Origin: a virus | Strand: one strand, 5' to 3' | IMG/VR virus record: IMGVR_UViG_3300043540_000321 | Coordinates: 1 to 64,000 of that record | DNA length: 64,000 nt | Shown here: in pieces, positions 57,501 to 64,000 of the stretch | How positions within the stretch are numbered: the first letter of the stretch is position 1 | Layout: each line of letters opens with the position of its first letter | The notes under the pieces: generated by a model | What the model was told of the DNA's origin: nothing | What the model saw: only the letters and a program-made list of their open reading frames with translations | Database searches by the model: none | Made by a program: the position numbers and the translations under genes

Positions 57501-60500
57501 AGGCGACGCAGATATCGATCTAGATTGTCCATCGGGTAATCAGCGCGGGCCGGAATATTATTAATAAATCTAAGAACTGGGTCTGCTTTTGCCCTCGCAG
57601 TCCCGACAGACTCAGAGACGGGTCTGGCAAAAGAGAGGATGCCGGACAGCCAAGAGGCTGCGCGAGTAACCCCACCTACGATGCGGGGTGCGATCGCCTG
57701 GCGTAGACGTGAGGCTGCTCCACGTCCCAATTGAAGGAGAGAAGACATACCTTCCAACCCCCACAGACCCAGGTCGAGAGCGCGGTCAGTTAATGAGTGA
57801 GGGATGGAGAAGGCAGGTAGGTTAATTCTGAACCCTTTAAGCTTCTCCAGAAACGCCAGCTCAGGCAAACTCGGTAGTGGTATGGACCGACTCAGCCTTC
57901 TTCCAGCTCGAAGAGTTGCTGCCAGCAGATTTCGACGAAGTTGTTGGAGAGGGACTGCTAGACGACTGACGGCTCCAGAGAAGGGTTGGATTCTTGCATT
58001 AATAAAACGAGTGGCGTCGTCATGCCAGTCTCCAATAGTATTTCGAACAGTGGAGATGTCCTTCTGTAACTCTTCAAAGGGATTGAGATTTGAGACCGAT
58101 CTGTAGGCTCGAAGAGTTGCCGCCCCGCCGTAAATATGACTCAGGAGGGACAGGTCTACCGGGGGTGGTTGGCGAGCGATCGCCTGTGTCGTCACCAAAA
58201 CGTTGAAAAGAGCCTGCCGACGTTCAAGAGCCATCATCAGCGTACGACTAACGCGAGTTCTATGCAGCGCGAAGTCAGACCAGACTCGCCCACCTGTGCC
58301 GTGGAAATACTTCTTGTAGGCGAGCTTCTCAGATTCGCTGTCCTCAAATCCGATATAGTCTCCGTAGACCAGTTGTTTCTCAATCATCGGGTTGATCCGC
58401 ATGGCGGACTGAAGCGCTTCGACCTGTCGCTTCTTCATCACCATCGTGATGTTGCCCGACATAAAAGGAGACTGCCCGCCGAGAGAAGACTCCGTTCCTT
58501 CGTTAAAACTGAAGTTGCTATAAACGCTCTGAGGCAAGAAGAAACCCTTGACCATTTGAATCGGAATCGGGTCTCTCACCATGCCGAAGGTCTGGTCTTG
58601 AATCAGCGGCCCTGAGATATTTTCAGTAAAGGCTCTCACCGGAGCCGTCAGTATCCGCCCCAGAAAACTGAAGGGGGCCGCCAGGAGATTACCGAGCTGA
58701 CGAACTGGACGCTCAAGTCCCAGCGGTCTGAACACAGAGGCAACTGTCTTAACCGGGAATGCCAGTAGATTCCCCAATCCCTCGACAAGGTTTGTTTCGA
58801 CGGAACGGATAGACCCGGACTTTTGCTTCAGAGCATCAAATGCGACCAGTCCTCCAACAGCCGCCGCCATCGCTAACAAAGGACTGGCCCCAATTCCCAT
58901 TGCTACCTCGGCCAACCCGACGGCAGTCGCCCAGGAAAAACTACTCGATACAAACTGTTCGCCCGCCTTCTGCCTCAGATAAGTCGACTGGGTAGCTCCA
59001 CCCATCATCACACCGGCTGCTTCGATCACCTCATAGGCTGAGCGACCGTTGGCTGTCCACCAGGCGACTCCCGATGCTAACCCTTTGCCAGCCTTTAATG
59101 TCGTCGTGACAGCACCTTCACTCCAGGGACGCTGAACATAGTCGCCCATCTGTCTCCGGACCTCGGACGAGAGCCCCACTTCTGCTCTTGGAGTCCGTTT
59201 GACCGCTCGGATGGTATTTTCAGTGTCTAACCGAGCAATTCGTCCGTAGGCAGACCGCTCTGCTCTCAGGTCATACGTCCCAACGATCGGGCGTTGCAGT
59301 TTGAGAAGAAGGTGTTGAAAGGCTTCGTTCTGCTCCAACGCGACGTTCAATTTCAACGTCGTCTTGAAGGAGTCTATGCCAACAGCCGCCTCTTCATCCA
59401 ATCGTGTCAGCACATCTGTAATGGCTGACTGAGAGAACCCTTCCATCTCTTGTGTGAACAGGTCGATAGCCTGGTTAAGATGCTGGTCACCCGCCCCGAT
59501 GATCGATTGGAAAAGGGTAGTGCCTGGGACAACTTCAACTCGCATCGACTTGTCGATGTGCTTCTGAATGTCCTCAACAAATTGTTGCTTGAACAACTCC
59601 TTCTGGACCTCATCAAGCGGACCCTCGGAGGCTAACTTCACGAGGGAGGCTAACCGCTTGGAGTAGTTCTCTGTGAAAATCTGGTTCAGACCGCTGTGTA
59701 AGCTTCGGTAAGCTTCCGTAATACCGACCGTGATACTCAGCGGAGTTGCTCCGGTGCGGGTAGCTGTCTCCTCAATATCCAAAGGCAACCGGTATAAACC
59801 ACCCAGCGGGTTGAGCTGATCGACCTGGAATGCTGCGGGTCGCCCACTGGGTAGTCTACCTGAAGTGAAAGCGTACCGGGTCAGAGGAGAAACGGGTCTG
59901 CCTCGATTGAGTCGACTCTTGTGAGTCAGCTCCTTCAATTCGTTGTAGGTCTGGGACGCGGCCAGTCCTCCGATCACGCCCACTCCGGCGTAGGCTGCCG
60001 ACGCCAACAGGACAAGTTGGATCGGTATCGTGAGGTACGAGTACCCTTTCAGGGAACTAATGTCGTACCCAATCCGGAGGGCACTGAACCCTTGATTAAC
60101 CGCCCGATGCTTCCACTCCGTTGTGCCGTACCAGGACATGATACTCAGCTCTGGGTCAAGAGCTTTCATTGCTCCTGACTCTAGGTTGTTCTGCTGAATG
60201 GTGAACGTGACATTTTTCAAGAAGCCCATCGGGCGGTATCCGGTGGGAGGTAGTCTGTACCCGGGTATTGCCGAATGTCCCATCAGCCCGAAAGTCATAC
60301 CCTCTTTCATCAGGTCAAACATCAGTTCAGAAGGACGCTGGGCGGCCAGATGTTGCATCAGGAAGTGCCGATACTTAACCGCCCGGATCAGTCCAGTCGA
60401 CTGGCGAGCGGCTTCCAGGTCGTAGCCGGTCAAGTCTCGAATCTCCATGTGCTTCTGCCGAGGCGTAGCTCCACGAACGAGGGCGAGAGCTTCGGCTACA

Positions 60501-63500
60501 GACTGGGGTCTCCGATTAGCGAAGACGTCGATAGTGCGTTTTAATAAATCTTCTGAGACGCGCCCGGCAAGCATGTCATAGCCAGACGCGCTAATGTCAG
60601 TGAAGGCTGAAGCGTATTGAATATATGTGCTGGTGCGCTTGGGTTTGAAGCTCGCTCCAAAAGGGCCGATGGAATTAATAAAGGGGTCTTCCGGGTTGGT
60701 ATAGAAACCCAACGCCTTTGAAAGGTCAATCGTCCCGAAACTCAGAGTTTTAACAAAGCGATTGACTAGACCAATTAGACCGCGAGGGGCGTCTGCCTGC
60801 CGAACTCCGTGCTCCGTCGGTTCGAGTTTGTCTTTCTCGGGCTCAACCCCAGCCAGGAGTCGAATAGTAGGACCAACGAGCGGCACTTTATAGAGAGCCC
60901 GCAATCTATCACTGGAGAATGAGTTAGCGATCGTGAACGCAGCCGCCTTGACGCCGAAAAGAACGGTTCCGGCGATCGCAATACGCGCACTCATCGAACG
61001 GAACTTACCGCCGGGCAGTCTCGCCATTTCCTCTGTCATGTAAAGAGGAGCCTTCTCTTCAAGTCCGCGATACTCTGGACGGGCGTATCTCTCGACAGCC
61101 TCCTGCCATAGAGTCTCGCCGGATGCCTGCGCCAAAAGTCGGCGCGAAGGAACCCACAATTGTCGAGACCCCTCAGCAGAGATTCTCTCCATCCTTTCCA
61201 GGACAGCTCTGATTTCCTGTTCGGCGTGCTCGTTCCTGGCGACTGCCTTGGGAATCCAGCCTTGCACGAGAGATTGTGTATCCACTCCTTTAACTCGGTG
61301 GAACTCAGCCGCCAGGTCCTTAGAACTGGCAAAGACACCTGTTTTATCTAAGAGGAACCCAGTGAGTAGACCGGCTCCTAAAGTTGCTTGGACCTGAACA
61401 AGCGGGTCTTCAAAGTCCTTACCGACATAGTCCCCCTGCGGGTCTGACATCAACCTCGACATCATCAACGCCAAGTAGTACGGCGCGAGCTTTCTAACAA
61501 ACCTGGGTGTTTTGATTTCGGGTATTTTCTCCGTCGCCTCTGTCTTGAATACTGAAAGGGCGCTGGTGACGGTGGAGTGAACCACCGAAGGAGCCAGGCT
61601 GTAAACAGACCGGATCGCCTGGTTAGAGAGCATAGCCGCTCCTCCAATCACAGCTCTTAGAGCTCGTGTGTTCTCCTCTAGGTCAGTGAGGTGCCGGACA
61701 ATAGCTGAGCTGGATTCGTGGGTTCGAAGTAACCTTTGATAGCCCCGAGCGAACCGTTCGGCCCCCATGCTTAGAAGTGTCGTGAGGCCGACGAACTCCA
61801 TACCTTTTTCCATCATGGAGTCTTTGTCGTAGACCAGACCGCTACCAAAAGTGAGGGTGGAGATTCCTCCTCGGATCACACTCATCAACAACTGTCGCCC
61901 CCCGTACTTCCGCTGGAAGTAATAGGGATCGTTGTCGTCAGTCTTCCGGAGTTGAATGGCAAATGGAAGGATAGGCGTAAAACCCAGCCCCAGAGCGTGC
62001 ATGGACTGAAGTCCAATAGAGAGCTGAGCTTTCTTTTTCTGAGTGTCAAAACGAACAACTGCTGGTATCTGAAAGAAGGGAGTGGTAATTTGGGAAACGA
62101 CTGAATAGACTCGATGCCCGCTGCTATCTGGACGAAGATACTGGCGAGCCAAGAACAAACCCATTGCAGAGTTCACATAGTCTCCCATCGATCGAGCCCG
62201 CTCTAGACCTCGAACGGAGAGATACTCGAAGCGAGAGGACAGCATCGCGTCAGTGCTGCCCACTTGAAAACTGCTTTCCCGGTTGTAGGCCAGGTTCAAC
62301 AGATAGGCGGTGCCCATTGCAACGCCTTTGGCGGCAATACCGGCTACGAATGCTCCAACGAGAGCAGCCTGCATATTAAACCGGAGAGCTGTGCGACGCA
62401 TCATCGTCGAAGAGAAGCTCTCCTGCAATGTGCGATAAACCGCCCGGATCTGAGAAGACTTCTCTCGACTGGTAATCACCCGGGTGCTTTCAAGGATGGG
62501 TCCCTCAGCGGCATCTGCAATCTCGCGCTGCCGAGCGGTCAGGTCTTTCTGAAACCCTCTTAGGCTATCCAGCCGATCGATGAACCCACCGGGGCGGTCG
62601 CCCACGTCCACAAAAGAAGGAAGCAGTAACCCGGTGGTCAGTCCAGCCCCCAGTTGAACACCGGCTGTCATCCAGCGGGGCAACACTCCGCTGAACTGAA
62701 ACTTAGCGACCGTTCCATCATCGGTATCGAGAGCTTGCCGCGCTCTGATCTGAGTGATCAGGTTGGCTCCCAGTGGTTTTAATAAAAGGTCGTCCAGAAA
62801 CTGGTCCGCGACGATGATCATCCCAACCGTCGTCAGAGTCCGTCGTACCTGACCGACTCTTCGACCCGCCGGAGTGTCAACCGTTTTATAGGGATTCTCA
62901 GAGGCCGCAAAGGTTACATCGAGAGCGTGAAACGGGCTCTGTTCTAAGAGCTGTCGCTGTTCAACAAGGGTATTTCGATACTCGTGAAAGCGAGAGTCCT
63001 GGAGCAGACCCTCGATCTCAGCCGTCCGACTTTGATACGTTTGGGCGGAGTGCTCGTAGAGTTGAACTAGAGACTCCTCAGCGGTACTGGCCAGAGGAGG
63101 GACTGAGGCCACTGGGGTTTGAACCATCCCTTGAAGCAGACTTCGCTCTATCCGAGCGATCTGCTGTTCATTGCGCCAGGCCTTGACCACCTTCTTGACG
63201 TTCTCAGCCGGACTGGATATGAACTTACCCACGCGCTGATAGAAGTACTCAGTCCATTTGACCGCATCTTCAAAAGACATCATGTCTCGGACGGTCATGT
63301 GGTGCCTGGGGTCAAAGTCTTCCAGACCTAAGACTCTTCGGAGAGGAGGTGTCCAATAGGCGATGTTCGCGGGCAGGAGCGCAGCGACCTCATCGTAACT
63401 GCGTGCGATCTGCCGAACCCTCTCCGTACCCACATTTCTGAAAACAGGAGTGTAAACATTTGGGTTGTCCGGTCGCTGTTGAAACTCGATAAGAGGCATG

Positions 63501-64000
63501 AGACCAACGGTCTCTTCCACCCGCCTGACAGCAGCCTGATACATCCGATGGTGAGAGACCCCGACATCGTAAGGATTGAACAGCTCTAGGAACTGACTGG
63601 TCAGAGACCCAAAGCGGGCAGTGTCGAACCGCCGCATCTGTGTCATCCAGGAAAAGAGCCCTTCTTCAGATAGCTTGATGCTGGTCAGACGACCTTCGTG
63701 CGTCTTAGCTACCCGTGATAGGTCGATCTTGCGAACGTCGTTCTCAATGATGGCCGCATAGAGTTTATCAGCGAAGTTATCGTGGCGAATTTCTGGGTCT
63801 TTGATTACCTCCGAGATAGCTCCGCCGATCGCGTCTCCAAAAGTCAACGATTGAAGACGAGGTAGAGCCTTGGTCAGCTCTGACCCCATCCAATTTCGAG
63901 CGGTAATATCTTGGGGCAGGGTGATCAGTAGATTGAAGTAGTCCGCCTCGAACGCCGCCTTAAGGTACTGTACTGGAAGGTTCACCCCGACATAGAAGGC
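51512..64000 (-). CDS. Giant (>4157 aa, 5' end outside window) tape-measure/ejection-like protein with zincin, M23 peptidase and lysozyme domains
   Basis: Frame stays open to base 64000; G/A-rich amphipathic segments; FHEMSH; M23-like VPSPVEGKV..LH..V..GQ..G..G.TG.ST.VHVHLE; muramidase AFLDMIGYSEG..AAGRYQF..TW..DFSPASQD. Confidence 0.88.
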   Translation of the reverse strand, partial: AFYVGVNLPVQYLKAAFEADYFNLLITLPQDITARNWMGSELTKALPRLQSLTFGDAIGGAISEVIKDPEIRHDNFADKLYAAIIENDVRKIDLSRVAKTHEGRLTSIKLSEEGLFSWMTQMRRFDTARFGSLTSQFLELFNPYDVGVSHHRMYQAAVRRVEETVGLMPLIEFQQRPDNPNVYTPVFRNVGTERVRQIARSYDEVAALLPANIAYWTPPLRRVLGLEDFDPRHHMTVRDMMSFEDAVKWTEYFYQRVGKFISSPAENVKKVVKAWRNEQQIARIERSLLQGMVQTPVASVPPLASTAEESLVQLYEHSAQTYQSRTAEIEGLLQDSRFHEYRNTLVEQRQLLEQSPFHALDVTFAASENPYKTVDTPAGRRVGQVRRTLTTVGMIIVADQFLDDLLLKPLGANLITQIRARQALDTDDGTVAKFQFSGVLPRWMTAGVQLGAGLTTGLLLPSFVDVGDRPGGFIDRLDSLRGFQKDLTARQREIADAAEGPILESTRVITSREKSSQIRAVYRTLQESFSSTMMRRTALRFNMQAALVGAFVAGIAAKGVAMGTAYLLNLAYNRESSFQVGSTDAMLSSRFEYLSVRGLERARSMGDYVNSAMGLFLARQYLRPDSSGHRVYSVVSQITTPFFQIPAVVRFDTQKKKAQLSIGLQSMHALGLGFTPILPFAIQLRKTDDNDPYYFQRKYGGRQLLMSVIRGGISTLTFGSGLVYDKDSMMEKGMEFVGLTTLLSMGAERFARGYQRLLRTHESSSAIVRHLTDLEENTRALRAVIGGAAMLSNQAIRSVYSLAPSVVHSTVTSALSVFKTEATEKIPEIKTPRFVRKLAPYYLALMMSRLMSDPQGDYVGKDFEDPLVQVQATLGAGLLTGFLLDKTGVFASSKDLAAEFHRVKGVDTQSLVQGWIPKAVARNEHAEQEIRAVLERMERISAEGSRQLWVPSRRLLAQASGETLWQEAVERYARPEYRGLEEKAPLYMTEEMARLPGGKFRSMSARIAIAGTVLFGVKAAAFTIANSFSSDRLRALYKVPLVGPTIRLLAGVEPEKDKLEPTEHGVRQADAPRGLIGLVNRFVKTLSFGTIDLSKALGFYTNPEDPFINSIGPFGASFKPKRTSTYIQYASAFTDISASGYDMLAGRVSEDLLKRTIDVFANRRPQSVAEALALVRGATPRQKHMEIRDLTGYDLEAARQSTGLIRAVKYRHFLMQHLAAQRPSELMFDLMKEGMTFGLMGHSAIPGYRLPPTGYRPMGFLKNVTFTIQQNNLESGAMKALDPELSIMSWYGTTEWKHRAVNQGFSALRIGYDISSLKGYSYLTIPIQLVLLASAAYAGVGVIGGLAASQTYNELKELTHKSRLNRGRPVSPLTRYAFTSGRLPSGRPAAFQVDQLNPLGGLYRLPLDIEETATRTGATPLSITVGITEAYRSLHSGLNQIFTENYSKRLASLVKLASEGPLDEVQKELFKQQFVEDIQKHIDKSMRVEVVPGTTLFQSIIGAGDQHLNQAIDLFTQEMEGFSQSAITDVLTRLDEEAAVGIDSFKTTLKLNVALEQNEAFQHLLLKLQRPIVGTYDLRAERSAYGRIARLDTENTIRAVKRTPRAEVGLSSEVRRQMGDYVQRPWSEGAVTTTLKAGKGLASGVAWWTANGRSAYEVIEAAGVMMGGATQSTYLRQKAGEQFVSSSFSWATAVGLAEVAMGIGASPLLAMAAAVGGLVAFDALKQKSGSIRSVETNLVEGLGNLLAFPVKTVASVFRPLGLERPVRQLGNLLAAPFSFLGRILTAPVRAFTENISGPLIQDQTFGMVRDPIPIQMVKGFFLPQSVYSNFSFNEGTESSLGGQSPFMSGNITMVMKKRQVEALQSAMRINPMIEKQLVYGDYIGFEDSESEKLAYKKYFHGTGGRVWSDFALHRTRVSRTLMMALERRQALFNVLVTTQAIARQPPPVDLSLLSHIYGGAATLRAYRSVSNLNPFEELQKDISTVRNTIGDWHDDATRFINARIQPFSGAVSRLAVPLQQLRRNLLAATLRAGRRLSRSIPLPSLPELAFLEKLKGFRINLPAFSIPHSLTDRALDLGLWGLEGMSSLLQLGRGAASRLRQAIAPRIVGGVTRAASWLSGILSFARPVSESVGTARAKADPVLRFINNIPARADYPMDNLDRYLRRLIGLSQEMMEPLKKVLSFGMRRGLDRGIGTLMTSLPKVPIGPILLSRLELLIAQQTDYRLSSLGRGSSYKEYRETYREVGMSLGGYTAGAAALSLVERPLPALIASALGSFVGGWAGENLALGDYRRKDKNPVLNYLKQSALVGSLSTLTQLPKLLSIARAQGLRAAAMRGAANFALSSAFGLFTGPTTQLSLTGMTMDSYDWVQRNQRMIRSSVKKTLSFFQALPDLFSLLFRGRVSSTISQAARESVVSLKEEFQTGLGLNRTALSGTPVSFDGSPFQIEGMYNLQEGSVTLSKASESVLGRMRAGKFVRPSAVTRAIFDAFHEMSHAIEFQRTLPKLNIDDLQVIAYETGTETNRLQDIVERVSKSSAMRTLDEFKFGQDILQEMLRDEISANVRALGAFSATHRDQFEGLTNTLDRETRIDDIAHRYSILMETLPPQEGLRPPVRYRGRPLIGGMIEDIQTRSGETLRGLLTEQQRFRSLGSIAENAFVALDFMLGIHSVHKFETTVQTIQQAKIRGSFNRLQAQRELAEARDEQMGVMFGSIAGNFAAFFSGRWWTGLAAGLTVGVLSRFGFFGLSSWISAQDLKDLDNGNYVYNPMQSSSVYIRLNRSFEKEATVGQFLTGRVRQALRPLVSKTLRYLAEAGPKITRVVSQLTAIAASALPVLTGVISSGLSAIASGTQFLLKGWDWNIRLRPDAVAQVHRAFDATRRFAHGLFQGWDWNIRLRPEAIRQMRQAYQTSRLMLQRGAQYLSESWSWVSNLHLFQGGTGFIKKLFEGFSWNVQFRQEALNQIGRAFQTSRSFVGSLFEGWDWKVRFRQDAIDQIGRGFRASGQFVKGLFEGWDWSIKFRSGAVSQIRRAFNVSQRFIGGLLSGASDWAGSMLNVSRHLFDGFSWNIKFRSEAVDQIRRAFQFLNRPTGLLGLTRRLFDGFSWNIKFRQEAIDQIRQTFSMARDFGRSLFEGFSWNIKFRQEALDQIRGAYETAKTIPGRVSTWALDHMEGIAQKFRLLPSHLIKGFGWLKRVLTRANHFIGQAVEKGLDQVVLRMSRLAPKMSEYVLTHGYREGILSAIAPVVDLTTLGGGALKALRLNKTSSLTDVEEAYAQMGGAKGSLVGSILGVFSGGVLGDISGSILGQVGGAEEAVRVARMRYEAKDYGAVPILEDILEPGLKQAALAKEAGQAIGFRVSTLTERYLAAANVRVLSGSASLMDRIATSASRTYAGALTRASEAAQARFLRVFGKSAPEVGELAAKFAKPAGFLARGAGHVLRFAGPIIDIWRIGSGVQKAQTARSEVEYKVALRRTTGGIGSLGGGIIGGSLAGPIAAIAGSLIGDYTFSKIGEKLGSEAFARRVGAKTVVRNQLLGGIGGAVLGGLAAAGLVAAGIVSAPILLLAGVGIGAGLLIGSLAGSFSSFLGTKDLRHTKREGLSYMPVHEASMGLTNPEIQKIIRAQPSRDSWIRKKEPPASTGLMGLLRSVGDGFKNLWWNAEKFARDALTKLNNVAKGLMNTTAKVREGLSNALVDLKDQVSSAFTDSVDGVGRLTPYTVWSLGGRRYGEGIARSAEELRPHWEGTGGYVRYRMDHGKLKSYLDNGQRVVDIQLNRGSSTNVPVPSPVEGKVIFAGFVGELGMIKIQDASGAVTRVLHNKTIEVKAGQTVRFGQRLGIQGSTGETSTAVHVHLETSEALLQRYMKALVSGDFGSRKGNVGATNISAARRAFLDMIGYSEGADYNVMFTGRRFSNFADHPRTVMSGGGIRSDAAGRYQFMSFTWDDARKALGLKDFSPASQDKAALWLIQQQGALADIDAGRINVAMRKLRSVWASFPDAPYGQPTRRASELLQYYWRAFSRYAKPTQPSLGQAAQKANENQPKRPEKTTRLKAAAQTVDRHLLALAANPTVPPVATAAKVVQFTRDKVKAAQQRLNELKRQAVAIRPNTQYQYKTQDGIIKEAKVRATVEQRDNKTVIRVATETSYLKSWESATGLPKQSDYITAVG
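54551..55435 (-). repeat. Eight copies of a W-rich peptide repeat in the giant protein
   Basis: G(W/F)(D/S)W(N/K/S)(I/V)(R/K/Q)(L/F)R..A..Q...(F/Y) eight times, also visible at DNA level. Confidence 0.85.

Noticed and set aside
51737-63567. Many short ORFs antisense to or nested in the giant gene and other long genes
   Set aside because: Shadow ORFs without recognisable motifs, fully overlapping well-supported CDSs

Overview
The window is part of a large cyanobacterial mobile replicon with both phage and plasmid genes, most likely a phage-plasmid or large prophage. The host call rests on about 20 HIP1 GCGATCGC sites and cyanobacterial-type IS ends. (1) 0.2-4.1 kb: partition module with parA, a partner gene encoding a DUF3102-like domain fused to an apparently inactive methyltransferase fold, and a dense ACTAACA/TGTTAGT repeat array. 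(2) 4.2-12.5 kb: membrane and secreted proteins around an FtsK/SpoIIIE ATPase, plus a trypsin-like protease, a DUF4230-like protein and an L,D-transpeptidase-like protein. (3) A frameshifted IscB element with its omegaRNA, and an intact IS605 (tnpA+tnpB) splitting a TPR-glycosyltransferase gene. (4) An isolated tail fibre, a metallophosphoesterase and phoH. (5) 26-49 kb: replication/recombination block with a resolvase-like nuclease, RecA, a family A DNA polymerase split over two genes, Dam, beta-clamp-like and DnaX-like proteins, MazG, degenerate UDG and RNase HII homologues, two SF2 helicases, primase, a PD-(D/E)XK nuclease and an HU fusion. (6) 49.6-64 kb: tail genes and a >4150-aa tape-measure-like protein, running off the window, with zincin, M23 and lysozyme domains. 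No tRNA, rRNA or CRISPR array was recognised. All family calls are by-eye motif recognition, not database searches, and all counts are by eye.
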